From Candidatus Latescibacterota bacterium (lineage in GTDB: Bacteria; Latescibacterota; UBA2968; UBA8231), in the NCBI GenBank assembly GCA_963422735.1, contig OY730476.1:4416001-4480000 (forward strand): a stretch of DNA of 64,000 nucleotides, given 5' to 3'. Shown piece by piece: positions 11,065 to 21,414 of the stretch; positions within the stretch are counted from its first letter, which is position 1; each line of letters begins with the position of its first letter. A model generated the notes under the pieces. It did not search any database and was not told the DNA's origin. It worked only from the letters and a program-made list of their open reading frames with translations. The position numbers and the translations under genes are program-made.

Positions 11065-11902
11065 GCGAACTCCTTTGCTTGCGCAGCCTTTTCGGCGGGG
11101 TGGCCGATACGCCTTCCATGCCGCCGCTGACGCGGAGCACTTCGCCGGTGATCCAAGACGCGGCCGGGCTACACAAGAAGGCCACGCCTTGGGCAATATC
11201 CTCGGGCTCGCCCCAGCGTCCCAAGGGAATGGCCGCGCGAATGCGCTCGATCATTTCTTCTTCGGATAGCCCTAAGGTGACGCGGCGTTGGGTCATATTG
11301 CGCTGGTTGAATTCCGTGTACACCGGCCCCGGACACACGGCATTGACTCGCACGCTGTACGCGGCCAACTCCAGCGCCAAGGTCCGGGTGAGACTGATGA
11401 TACCGGCCTTGGCCACATTGTACGCAGCGACCAAGGCGGCCGGATTCTGGCCATTGATCGAGGAGATATTGACGATGCAGCCGGCCTCCTGTTCCTCCAT
11501 GATGCGCCCGGCGGCGCGGCAGCAGTAAAATGCCCCGGTTAGGGTGGCATCCAGCACCCGGTGCCACTCGGCGTCCTCCAGTTCGACCACCGGAGCCACC
11601 TGTTGGCCAGTGCCGGCGTTGTTGATTAGGATGTCCACTCGCTCCTCTTCGGCGACTAGCTCGGCGAAAAAGGATGTTACCGCAGTGCTGTCGGTTATAT
11701 CGAGTGCTACGGCCCGCACGGTTAGGCCCTCGTCGTGGAGCTTCGCGGCCTCCTCACGCGCCTTATCCTCCTGCCGGTCGGCGATGACCACGTTGGCCCC
11801 GTCACTGGCCAATTGCCGGGCGATCCCCAGCCCCAAGCCTTGGGCACCGCCCGTGACGACGGCGATTTGCTGGTCCAGTAGAAGGTTTTCAAGCTGATTC
11901 AT
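11057..11902 (-). CDS. SDR family oxidoreductase (FabG-like)
   Basis: TGGAQGLG, NNAG, YNVAK, VNAVCPG. Confidence 0.95.
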   Translation of the reverse strand: MNQLENLLLDQQIAVVTGGAQGLGLGIARQLASDGANVVIADRQEDKAREEAAKLHDEGLTVRAVALDITDSTAVTSFFAELVAEEERVDILINNAGTGQQVAPVVELEDAEWHRVLDATLTGAFYCCRAAGRIMEEQEAGCIVNISSINGQNPAALVAAYNVAKAGIISLTRTLALELAAYSVRVNAVCPGPVYTEFNQRNMTQRRVTLGLSEEEMIERIRAAIPLGRWGEPEDIAQGVAFLCSPAASWITGEVLRVSGGMEGVSATPPKRLRKQRSSHD

Positions 11903-11932
11903 CGGATAACCTCATATCGGTTTAGGAACGAC

Positions 11933-12466
11933 TCAGGATTTTCTCTTGAAGAAAAATCTCACAACATCGCGTTCTTCTAAGACGACGTTATATAGATCGT
12001 AAACTTCCGCATCGAGATCTTCCGCTTGTCTGAGACCTGCTAGGAGCTGTTCCTTTGCAAATATAAATGTTAGGTCATCTCCATCTAGGAAGTACCCTAA
12101 TCTCGTGCTGTTGCCACCCGCGTCGGTGGTGATGAAAGTGCCGTCCTGAATGCGCCATGTTCCTTTATTACCACTGTTGTCCTTCCATGTATTGTCCGCA
12201 TTATAGCGAATTATTTCGCGAAAGTCTCTAACATACTCTTCAGTACTGGCAACCGCTTCATCAATATATGCCTTAGCGTCTGTCCGGCTCACTCCTTGCG
12301 CGACGAGGAGGTTTTCGAGTCGCAGGGCTAGAATATCGATTAAATCCGTCCCTTCAAATACCCATGTGCCAACGAGATCATTTTCAGGTCCAGTAGGTTC
12401 AGTACCACAGGCGGTTACCCCAACTCCTAAGATAAGGGCCATACTCGCGGCTAACAGCCGTTTCAT
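11933..12466 (-). CDS. Lipoprotein of unknown function (lipocalin-like)
   Basis: Lipobox VTA-C; LVGTW and GTW motifs; lower GC than flanks. Confidence 0.75.
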   Translation of the reverse strand: MKRLLAASMALILGVGVTACGTEPTGPENDLVGTWVFEGTDLIDILALRLENLLVAQGVSRTDAKAYIDEAVASTEEYVRDFREIIRYNADNTWKDNSGNKGTWRIQDGTFITTDAGGNSTRLGYFLDGDDLTFIFAKEQLLAGLRQAEDLDAEVYDLYNVVLEERDVVRFFFKRKS

Positions 12467-12546
12467 GGCTTAGCTCCATGTTTTAGAAAACCTGATTTAT
12501 CCGATGCGGTTGGTCTGGCCGGCCTGTTGCCAAACAACATAAGCAG

Positions 12547-13635
12547 CTACAGCCCATAATTTTTCGCCGTCGCGCCGCATATCTGCATGATGGCGTCGCG
12601 CTCGGCTGTGCTGAACGCCGCTTCGTATTGGGGCTGATACGCAACTTGCTCGGCCCAACCCTGCACCCACGCCTCGTCAGCGTCCAAGTTGCAAAACGCT
12701 AGGATGTCTGTAATTTTTTGCTCGGCTGCCGCGCACAAGTGCTCAAACGGCACCACCAAACAGCGCGTCTTAAGCTCGGTGTGCTGCAGCACCGCCTCGT
12801 AGGTCCAAGCGTATATCGCATTCCAGTATTCAGCCCACCCTTCGACATTGCACCCTGCGCCCCACAGCGTTTGGATGTGCTGAGTCTTCTCCGCGTTGAT
12901 GGTGATGGGGATGCGCTCGTGGCCAAACTCGAAGTGGCCGGCGTTTCGCAGGTACTGGCGGTGAATTGGGGATGAGAAGTGGGCCAAGTTGCGCTGATGC
13001 TGGCGCGCCATGGACGCGATGTGCGCGACCGGATGGCGCACCGCGATGACAAAGCGTACGTCCTCGTACAGCTTGGCCAGATACGCGATCCGCGTGATAT
13101 TGTAGTTGTTTTTGCAGACGATGCGCTCGGCGTTGCGGCACAGCAAAAGCTTCGCCAAGGTCGCCGCGTAGAAAGCCTCAAACTCCGGGTGGCTGGTTTG
13201 CCGTTCAACTGCGTTGTTCACCGCCGGGTCGTGCAGGTAATCGAAAAACTGCATCCATAGGATTTCTTCCATGGCTTCTGGACTGTATGCGTTGACCATC
13301 ACGCCGTCGGCATGGGCCCGCTCTTGTTTGTGCGCCGCGCCCAATCTGGCAGCGCGGAAGATGCGGTCGGCCCAAAACGGCGTGAATGCGCCGTAGTAAT
13401 CGCAGTATTTGAACGAGGTCAGGCGCGGGTGGGACGCCAGTATGTTCAGCAGCAGAGTCGTGCCGGCGCGGGCCAAGCCCGTGATGTAAATGGGTGCTTC
13501 TACCGCCCGGCCTGCCAACCGCCCCTTGAGCAGCCGCGTCTCCAGCTTGCCCACGTCAATCCAAAGGTTCGGATGTGCATGCACCAGCCAGCCGACAAAA
13601 CGCATCAGCCGCGTTTGATTAAAATCCGTTTTCAT
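12547..13635 (-). CDS. PAPS-dependent sulfotransferase
   Basis: 5'-PSB loop ITGLARAGTTLL; 3'-PB motif VRHPVAHIAS. Confidence 0.9.
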   Translation of the reverse strand: MKTDFNQTRLMRFVGWLVHAHPNLWIDVGKLETRLLKGRLAGRAVEAPIYITGLARAGTTLLLNILASHPRLTSFKYCDYYGAFTPFWADRIFRAARLGAAHKQERAHADGVMVNAYSPEAMEEILWMQFFDYLHDPAVNNAVERQTSHPEFEAFYAATLAKLLLCRNAERIVCKNNYNITRIAYLAKLYEDVRFVIAVRHPVAHIASMARQHQRNLAHFSSPIHRQYLRNAGHFEFGHERIPITINAEKTQHIQTLWGAGCNVEGWAEYWNAIYAWTYEAVLQHTELKTRCLVVPFEHLCAAAEQKITDILAFCNLDADEAWVQGWAEQVAYQPQYEAAFSTAERDAIMQICGATAKNYGL

Positions 13636-14021
13636 AGCTTATTGAAAGGTCTGTGGGGGAGTATTCACAGTATAGTAAAATAGCTTGTAACTTTCGACGA
13701 GGGGATCGTGAAAAGTACCGAAACGAATACCACGATTGGCGCACTGATTGAACGGCTTGAACAGACCGGGAAACCCTTGGCGACCAAGGTTAGGGCCTTC
13801 ATTCTTATAGAAGACGCAGAGCCGGATCAGCCCCGAGAAGATATGACGCGAGGCTTGTAATCTCTTACAAAGGAACTTGACCACGAGCGAGCTTGGGGAG
13901 TGGGATGTTCCCAATCGCCGACTACGAAGTGGGGAAGATAGATGGTGATTGGCCAAGAGCAAACACATGGAACTGGAACAAGGCCGGTTGGAAGGTATCC
14001 CGAAACAGGTCGTAGCTCGTC

Positions 14022-14573
14022 TTGACAGCCTCAATAATACAATCACTGAACGGCATTCCAATCCGGCTTACCTCTGAACGCTGGGTCCATATTACTGAAG
14101 AGCACTGCGAACTCGCCGCCATCAGCCAGTTCGACCTGCTACGGATTTACTTTTTTTTCGTGCTCATTCCCAACGCTGTCCACGAGGAGGTCGTCCGAGC
14201 AGGCGACGAGCAGCACGGCGCATTGGAAACGCGAGCCGGCGTTGAGGAGGGCTGGATTGCGGTCGTAGATACCACCAGTGATCCGCGTATTGCCTTCCTG
14301 CTGGATCAAGGTATGACGCCAACGGATGCTCACGTCGTTGTCCTAGCACAAAAGCGACAAGCAGACCTACTCATCGCGGATGATGCGATGGTACGCGAGC
14401 AAACCCAATCTCTGGGACTGCCGCTATCAGGCACCCTCGGCATCCTGCTGAACGCCCAACGAGACGGTCACCTACCCGATCTAAAGGGGATGCTGGATCA
14501 ACTCATTGCTGCCGGATTCTATCTTCAGCCCAACGGCCCATTCTACAAAGACTTATTGCGACATGCTGTGTGA
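14022..14573 (+). pseudogene. Chimeric TA debris: toxin-like N-terminus fused to DUF3368 PIN domain lacking its start
   Basis: IRLTSERWVHITEEH then IPNAVHEEV...LLIADD...GTLGILL. Confidence 0.6.
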
Positions 14574-14596
14574 ACGCATAATACTCTAACTAGCCC

Positions 14597-15916
14597 ATGT
14601 CGTCCTTCTTCCACAAAGCCTACATCGCCGCCCTCATCTGCTGCCTCCTATTCCTCGCCTACATCTACGGCGTGGTGTCGGCGATTTTCCACCTCTCCCC
14701 CGCCCCCGACATCCGCATCCACGCAGTCAACGCCTACGGCCACCTCGCCTATCTCTACGAGAGCCTCACCGACACCAAAAACCAATTCACCAGCACCATG
14801 TGGTTTGAAGACGCCAGTGCGCCGTCCGGGGCCATCATCCACAACGCCGCTGCCATGCAGCCCGGCCTAACGCTCGTATCCAAAAACGCCACCGCTGCCG
14901 TGCTTATGGACTCTCTCGGCAACATTGTGCATCAGTGGCAATGCGACTTTGCGGCCGCCTTTGACGAAGGCGATTTCGCCGCGTTCCCGCAGCAGCCCGA
15001 CATGCTGCACTGGCACCGCACCCACCTGTATCCTAACGGCGACCTGCTCGCCAACCACGACTACGTCAACCACTACCCCTACGGCTACGGCCTCGTCAAA
15101 CTGAACAAAAACTCACAGGTCATCTGGAAATACACCGGCACCGCCCACCACGACTTCGACCTCGACGGCGAAGGCAACATCTACGCCCTAGTCCAAGAAA
15201 TCGGCACTGCGCCCATCGGCAACATCCAACCCCCATACATCGAGGATTTCGCCGTGGTTATCAACGCGCAAACCGGCCAAGAGAAGCGGCGCTTTTCCCT
15301 CTTCCGCGCCTTGAAAAACTCGCCGTATCGCAGCGTATTCGACCGCTGGCAGCCCACCCGCCACAGCGAAGTTACCCACACCAACGCCATTCGCCTGATC
15401 CCGCCGGATTGGGCCACCCACATCCCGCGAGTCAAAGCCGGCGACCTGCTCATCTCCCTGCGCAACCCCAACGCCCTCATCATCGTCGATCCCACAGAGC
15501 AACAAGTGATCTGGTATGGGGAAGGAATTTGGAAACAGCAGCACGACCCCGACTTGCTGCCCAACGGCCGCGTGCTGCTCTTCGACAATCAGGGCCTGCG
15601 CGGCAACCCCTTCGGCCAAAGCCGCGTACTCGAAATCGATCTATTTACGCACGAAATTTACTGGGAGTACAAAGGCACCAGCCCCGACCACCTGTTCGAC
15701 AGTTGGATCCGCGGCGCCCAACAGCGCCTGCCCAACGGCAACACCCTCATCACCGAATCGCAACGCGGGCGCTTGCTCGAAGTCACGCCAGCCGGCGAAA
15801 TCGCGTGGGAATACTACAATCCAGACCGCGCCGAATACCAAGGCAAACCCCTGCGCGGCATGATGACCCAAGCCCAGAGGATACCCCAAGATGCGCTGTC
15901 ATTTCTCGGTAATTAG
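14597..15916 (+). CDS. Arylsulfotransferase (ASST) family protein
   Basis: N-terminal TM; AHHD, THTNAI, QQHDP, LLFDN, QRLPNGNTLITE. Confidence 0.9.
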   Translation: MSSFFHKAYIAALICCLLFLAYIYGVVSAIFHLSPAPDIRIHAVNAYGHLAYLYESLTDTKNQFTSTMWFEDASAPSGAIIHNAAAMQPGLTLVSKNATAAVLMDSLGNIVHQWQCDFAAAFDEGDFAAFPQQPDMLHWHRTHLYPNGDLLANHDYVNHYPYGYGLVKLNKNSQVIWKYTGTAHHDFDLDGEGNIYALVQEIGTAPIGNIQPPYIEDFAVVINAQTGQEKRRFSLFRALKNSPYRSVFDRWQPTRHSEVTHTNAIRLIPPDWATHIPRVKAGDLLISLRNPNALIIVDPTEQQVIWYGEGIWKQQHDPDLLPNGRVLLFDNQGLRGNPFGQSRVLEIDLFTHEIYWEYKGTSPDHLFDSWIRGAQQRLPNGNTLITESQRGRLLEVTPAGEIAWEYYNPDRAEYQGKPLRGMMTQAQRIPQDALSFLGN

Positions 15917-16106
15917 TCTCGCGCTCCTGCTCCTGTGCAACAGCGCGGCCCACGCTTACATCGGCCCCATCATCATCATCGGCGCAATCGGCAGCATGTT
16001 TGGCTGGGTCGCCGCCGTCGTCATCGCCGCCGCACTCGTCGCCTCGTACCCCTTTTACGTGCTGTATCGCCGCAAAAACAAACGCAAACAAAGCAAACCA
16101 ATGTGA
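15891..16106 (+). CDS. Small membrane protein
   Basis: Signal-like peptide ending AHA, YIGP, one TM helix, YPF and basic tail; overlaps ASST stop. Confidence 0.65.
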   Translation: MRCHFSVISLALLLLCNSAAHAYIGPIIIIGAIGSMFGWVAAVVIAAALVASYPFYVLYRRKNKRKQSKPM

Positions 16107-16147
16107 TTGCGCCCAAGCCTCCCCCAAGACAAGCACAAGGCTTGTCC

Positions 16148-16891
16148 CTACAGGGCGTGCTGGCTCGTTTCCCCCGTCATCCTCAGCAGCCGGACGCCGT
16201 GCTCCAAAGCTCCGGGCGTATCCACATCTTGCCACCAAGCCGCGCCAATGTCCAAAGGGCGCAGTCGGCCGCGCTCTATCAGCATCTGCATCCCGTCGGT
16301 CAAGCTGCAATCGCCCCGACGCGCCTCGACCTCGCTGAGGCACTCCACCAAGGTGTCGCTGCAAGCGAACAGACCGGTATCGACGGCGTTGAAATCCGTT
16401 AGCTCCTTGCCAATCGCCGCGATGCGTTCACCCACTAGCCGCACCTTAGTCGCGTCGTCCATGTCGTAGATCGCGTCCAATTTGCGATCCACCGCCAACA
16501 TCACTTCTCCGGGACTTAGGCCGACGCCGCACATCGCGGTGATCATCTGAGGGTCGAAGAGATGATCGGCCATCAGTAGTAGGAATTTCTCAGACAGCAT
16601 CTCGGCTGCCGCCAACACCGAAATCCCATTCGACAGCTTCCATTGCGGATTCTCTACAAATCGCAGCCCGATTCCCAAATCGCCCATCCCCTTCAGGGCC
16701 GCCCGCACTGCCGCGCTGCGATACCCGGTGACCACGACTCCCTCCCGCAGGCCGATCTTCCCCAGCATCCGGCAGGTGCGCCCCAGCAGCGGCTCCCCCT
16801 CAATTTCGACTAGCCCCTTGTGTTCCACCGGCACGTGGTCGCGCAAGCGCGAGCCATCGCCCGCCGCCAAAATAAGCGCTTGGTCAATCAC
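16148..16891 (-). CDS. Nucleotidyltransferase (LicC/IPCT-like cytidylyltransferase)
   Basis: ALILAAGDGSRL, HKGL, LLMADH, WQDVDTP. Confidence 0.85.
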   Translation of the reverse strand: MIDQALILAAGDGSRLRDHVPVEHKGLVEIEGEPLLGRTCRMLGKIGLREGVVVTGYRSAAVRAALKGMGDLGIGLRFVENPQWKLSNGISVLAAAEMLSEKFLLLMADHLFDPQMITAMCGVGLSPGEVMLAVDRKLDAIYDMDDATKVRLVGERIAAIGKELTDFNAVDTGLFACSDTLVECLSEVEARRGDCSLTDGMQMLIERGRLRPLDIGAAWWQDVDTPGALEHGVRLLRMTGETSQHAL

Positions 16892-17069
16892 AACACCTCT
16901 CCTTTAGCGAGAAACACTATCGACCGAGCGCGAAAGCTATCCAATACCTCGTTATCAGGATAAATGGCAACGCGGGTTTTGCCTCTCTGGGCTGCGACCA
17001 GCCCCCGCTTCCCCGGCCTGAAATCATATTCCTTCTTCATAATCTCACTGCTCCGATTGATTTGCTATT

Positions 17070-19196
17070 TCAGCCGATGATAAACACTATATTGCCGGTC
17101 TTGCCGGTAAAGTAGTCGATGACAATCCACAGGCCGTTGCACAGGCTCTCGCCCATAATCAGCCCCAAGAAGAAACGCACGCTCGCCGCGTAGAACGCCG
17201 GCCCGCCAAAGCGCAGCACGAGCCGCTTGACCGCCCAAGCGATGAAAATGCTGAACCAGATCTTGTCCATCAGGTGATTGGCTGCCACGGCAAAACCGAG
17301 CGGGTGTAGAGGCCACCAAAGCACGTGATGTCGCGCCCACATCAACAAGAGCATGACCGCCCCACCGCCAGCGCAAAAAGCGAGTCCGTCCCAAGCCACA
17401 CCCGCCGGCTCCAGCCCGCGCACCGCATAGTTGTACACGGTGGACGGCCCGCCCTTAAAAAACCACCCCACCAGATTGATCCCCCCGTGCCGGTGTGCCA
17501 TGTGCAACACCATCCAGCACGAGCCAGCCGCGCCAATCAAGATCGCCAAACATACCCCCCACATCACCACCCGCCGGCTCGGGCGCGTCATGTCCTCGAC
17601 CAGCTTCAGCCCGTTGGCCAACAGCGCCATCACAAAGATGCGGATGTCGGCACACCAGATATAGGCCAGCGACAAATTGAACACCCCGCTGGTGCCGATC
17701 AGGTTGACGCCCAAGCCGTGTATCATCAGGTCCGGCGCGATCATGGGCGAGCGCACGGCTGCCAACCCTGCTTCGGCTACAATCCGGCTAATCCCGATAA
17801 AAATCAACAGCGCGAACCCAATAAACACCGCAGCCACCCATAATTGCACCCCCATCAGCCACAGCCATCCCACCATCGTCCCCACGCCGGCCAGCAAGGT
17901 GCAAACCGCGCCGCGATACGAGACGATCTCGTCGCCATCGTCTATGTCGCACACGCCCCCAAATGCCTTGCGGAATACTTGCTTCAGGTGTTCGCGGCTC
18001 ACCCATAGGCCGGCCAGTACCATCGCCAGCAGTGCGCCGCCGCCCTGATAGGCCAGATAGGGCTGGGAGGCAATGCCATAAACGAACTTCTGCTTGGACG
18101 TCAGGCCCATCAGCAGTAGGATCTCGGACTCGGCCCGGACTAAGAGCTGGAAGATCCACAGGCCGGCCGAGATGCTCGTGTTGATCAAATAAGAAAAACC
18201 CACTAGCGCGAAGATGATCCGCAGTTGCAAGCGCTGGCCGAAGTAGGGCATGCTCCATTGCAGGCTTGCATTGGGCATAGACGGTTCGTACTGGTGCAGG
18301 GCCTCAAGCGACCCCCACAGCACTGGGATGGCGCAGCCATACCACATGGCCCGGCTCTTAAAAAAGCGGTTGACCAAACCCCGGCCCTCGCCCTGCACCA
18401 TGGCCGCCCCCACCTGCGCCACTGGGTACGCCAGCCGTTCGCGGTCCATCCACTGCCGCCGCAAGATCACGGCCGCAGCGACCATCGCCGCGTAGAGCGC
18501 GATGAGGAACACCGCCCACCACAACAGCGGCTCGGCCCAAGCCCCATAAGGGATTTCCCCGCCCTCGAAGAAACCGCGGTTGTCCTTTCCGTCGTCGACC
18601 AAGATCGCGTGCTCGGGCAAGAGCGGGCCGAGCTTTTCCTGCCACTTGTTTAGCGGCGTACCGTAATACGCAAAGGCCGCGAGAATGGGCAGCAACTGCT
18701 GGCTCATGCCCATAGTACACAGGGCCGAGACCATCAAGAGCATGATGTACACCAAGACCAAGTCGGCGCGGTCGAGAGCCAGCGATCCACCGTGCCAGAC
18801 CAAGGCCGCGTTGAGCAGCAACGAGGCCACCAAAAAGGAGGCAAACCACAGGCCCGGCTTGAACAGGTCAATCTGCGGCTGGGGCAGATAATAAGCCAGA
18901 TAGAGACCCAGCCCTACCGCAGCTACCCCCAGTGCCCAAAATCCGTTCCGCGCCACCACCTTGAAGAGGACGTTTAGCAGGCCGATGAGCACGAGAAACA
19001 GGAAGATCGCGCCGGGGGTATTGAAGTCCCACGCCATAAAGGTCGCGTGCATGGCCATGTTGGCGTATGGTGCGCCAATGGCGAGGAAGAAGCTGAGAAA
19101 GATACCCGTCCAAAAACCACGCCAAGTTACGCCGATCGCGGCTCCCGGGCGGGATTTAGGGGAGGTGGCAAAGGTGGAGGGAATGGACCGCTGCAA
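17070..19196 (-). CDS. DUF6785/DUF6784-type polytopic membrane protein, paralog 1
   Basis: RRQWxxxERLxYP, RIVAEAG, WWPLHPLG, FFLGLIMGE; paralogous to 61043-62995. Confidence 0.8.
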   Translation of the reverse strand: MQRSIPSTFATSPKSRPGAAIGVTWRGFWTGIFLSFFLAIGAPYANMAMHATFMAWDFNTPGAIFLFLVLIGLLNVLFKVVARNGFWALGVAAVGLGLYLAYYLPQPQIDLFKPGLWFASFLVASLLLNAALVWHGGSLALDRADLVLVYIMLLMVSALCTMGMSQQLLPILAAFAYYGTPLNKWQEKLGPLLPEHAILVDDGKDNRGFFEGGEIPYGAWAEPLLWWAVFLIALYAAMVAAAVILRRQWMDRERLAYPVAQVGAAMVQGEGRGLVNRFFKSRAMWYGCAIPVLWGSLEALHQYEPSMPNASLQWSMPYFGQRLQLRIIFALVGFSYLINTSISAGLWIFQLLVRAESEILLLMGLTSKQKFVYGIASQPYLAYQGGGALLAMVLAGLWVSREHLKQVFRKAFGGVCDIDDGDEIVSYRGAVCTLLAGVGTMVGWLWLMGVQLWVAAVFIGFALLIFIGISRIVAEAGLAAVRSPMIAPDLMIHGLGVNLIGTSGVFNLSLAYIWCADIRIFVMALLANGLKLVEDMTRPSRRVVMWGVCLAILIGAAGSCWMVLHMAHRHGGINLVGWFFKGGPSTVYNYAVRGLEPAGVAWDGLAFCAGGGAVMLLLMWARHHVLWWPLHPLGFAVAANHLMDKIWFSIFIAWAVKRLVLRFGGPAFYAASVRFFLGLIMGESLCNGLWIVIDYFTGKTGNIVFIIG

Positions 19197-19199
19197 ACT

Positions 19200-21050
19200 T
19201 CAATACTCCACGTGGATGCCGGCCAGCGCGGGCGTCTTGGCGACCAAGGTGCGCACGCGGCGAAGATGCCGCTGCCCGGCCCGGCTCAGCGCGGGCTCGC
19301 CCCCGGCCAGCAAATCGCGCTGTTCCAGCGCGTCGGTCGCCAAGTCGAACAGCATGGAGCCGCGCCAGCTATAGTTGATGTACTTCCAATCGCTGGCCAC
19401 AACCGCGTAGCCTTTGCGCGACCACTGCACGTGCTCGTCTGTGTTGACCACCACGATCAAACGCTCGGGATCTAGCGGACGCAAAAGCGAGCGGCCGTCC
19501 AGTCGCTCCTGCCACGCGCCGACCAAGGAATCGGCGGACAGCCCGAGGAGGTCCAGCGCGGTCGGCACCAAGTCCGTTAGCGCGACGCGCATCTGCGCGT
19601 TCTCGCGCCACAGATCGAAGCTGGTGCCTAGCCGCTGCCGGTGCCGCTCGGGCACGACGGCAAAAAACGGGACGGCAATCGCCGTCTGGTAATACGAATC
19701 CGTGCGATGGAGTTTGTGGATACTGTCGAGGTCTTCGCCGTGGTCGGCCGCAAAGATCACACTCGTATTCGCCGCTAGGCCCTGTGCGGCGAGGTGGTCG
19801 AACAGCCGTCCGAGCAGGTGATCCATATAGGCCACCGCACTATCGTAGCTCGCGTCCGGCCACGGCTGCCAATCCGGCGGCGAGTACCCCGGATAATGTG
19901 TGCAGTTGAATTGCAGGGCCACCACAAACGGGCCGCGTGCGGCAAAGTGGTCGATAGTTGCGAGGGCTTCGGTCATCATCCGGCGGTCGTCCATCCCTTC
20001 GGAATTGACGATCTCGGCGTCCGAGCGCTCGAGCGTAAACACATAGTCCAGCGCATCGTCAATAAAAAAGCCTTCGAAATTGTTCCAAGCATAGCTCTGC
20101 GCCGAGATCAGCGCTGTCTGGTAGCCGGCGGCGTGGGCGTAGTGCCACAGCAGCGGGAAGGTGTGCTGCTCCACGGGCGTGCGCGATGGGAAAAGCCCGG
20201 TCAGCATGGCCGGCAGTGCCACCTTCGTCGCCGTAGCATTGGACACGGCCTTCTCCATCTGCACCCAATCGGCTGGCCGCGCCTTTCGCAACGCCGCCAG
20301 CCGGGGCGTAGTTTGCCGCTCGTACCCGTAGAGGCCGGTGCGGCTAGGCGCGACGCTTTCCCCGATCACCACGATGAGGTTGGGCGCACGCTCATCCACG
20401 GGTGCGCCGCTGTGCATGGCACCCGACGCCGGGCGGCTCGCTTGCAATAAACGTCCGTGTACCCCGCCGACAAGCGAATGGACGGCAAGGTCAACGGCCA
20501 GTTTCGCAGCCGCCGCATCCGGCACCATGACGCTCGCGTGGCGATGCACCGCGCCAAAAGCCACCGCCCCGGCCAAGCACAGCGCGACCAAAACTCTGCC
20601 GTGCGCCATCTGGCGGCCTAGACGCAGCTTGTAGTGCCACCAGCCTATGACAAAGGCCACAAAGGCCACCCAGACGACCGCATCCCCCCAATCGGCCTCA
20701 TTGCAGATATATCCCCAAACCTCGCGTGGATGGCTAGCTGAATGCACGAGCGCGTAGGCCGTCGGCCAGCAGTAAAATATCTCGTGGAAGCCAATCCATA
20801 GCAGAGCCAGCGCGGAGGTCACTAAGCCGACGACGATGACAAACGCGGTTTGCCAGCGCGGGTACAACCGGCTGCTGAGCGCGAAAAGGCCCTGCCACAT
20901 CACCAGCGAGAACACCACCGACAGCCCCCACCACGCCCACTGCGTCGGGCGCAAGTCGAGCGTCGGCCGCAGCCATAGATCGACGGCCACTCCCAACAAG
21001 GTGATGGGAAGCAAGGGCAACGTTTGCTTTCGCACGCAGGGATCGTACAT
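19200..21050 (-). CDS. Membrane-anchored sulfatase-fold transferase (EptA/LtaS-like)
   Basis: About five TM helices, VVIGES, Thr-containing NATAT, THYP, ADHGE; no CxPxR. Confidence 0.8.
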   Translation of the reverse strand: MYDPCVRKQTLPLLPITLLGVAVDLWLRPTLDLRPTQWAWWGLSVVFSLVMWQGLFALSSRLYPRWQTAFVIVVGLVTSALALLWIGFHEIFYCWPTAYALVHSASHPREVWGYICNEADWGDAVVWVAFVAFVIGWWHYKLRLGRQMAHGRVLVALCLAGAVAFGAVHRHASVMVPDAAAAKLAVDLAVHSLVGGVHGRLLQASRPASGAMHSGAPVDERAPNLIVVIGESVAPSRTGLYGYERQTTPRLAALRKARPADWVQMEKAVSNATATKVALPAMLTGLFPSRTPVEQHTFPLLWHYAHAAGYQTALISAQSYAWNNFEGFFIDDALDYVFTLERSDAEIVNSEGMDDRRMMTEALATIDHFAARGPFVVALQFNCTHYPGYSPPDWQPWPDASYDSAVAYMDHLLGRLFDHLAAQGLAANTSVIFAADHGEDLDSIHKLHRTDSYYQTAIAVPFFAVVPERHRQRLGTSFDLWRENAQMRVALTDLVPTALDLLGLSADSLVGAWQERLDGRSLLRPLDPERLIVVVNTDEHVQWSRKGYAVVASDWKYINYSWRGSMLFDLATDALEQRDLLAGGEPALSRAGQRHLRRVRTLVAKTPALAGIHVEY

Positions 21051-21248
21051 CCGAACCTGAGAAGCGTTCTTAGAGGCCCTAACCAAACGCCCGGCGTCGG
21101 CCCAAGCGCGAGCGAGCAAGGCCGTGGCCGGCGCAGCCGCGCGACGCCAGCAGAGCGTTTGGTTTTCGCTTAACTAAACCGCATTGGCCTTAAATTCCGG
21201 TTGGAGCCCCTCCCCATAGGCTTCGACGGCTCGCCGAAGGGTGCGGGG

Positions 21249-21409
21249 ACTAACCACTAACCACTAACCACTAACCACTAACCACTAACCACTAACCACT
21301 AACCACTAACCACTAACCACTAACCACTAACCACTAACCACTAACCACTAACCACTAACCACTAACCACTAACCACTAACCACTAACCACTAACCACTAA
21401 CCACTAACC
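21249..21409 (+). repeat. Perfect tandem heptamer array (ACTAACC)x23
   Basis: 161 bp counted directly; preceded by a GC hairpin ending AGGGTGCGGGG. Confidence 0.98.
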
Positions 21410-21414
21410 ATTGC

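Noticed and set aside
21249-21409. CRISPR array or true telomere
   Set aside because: No spacers, no cas genes, internal location between genes
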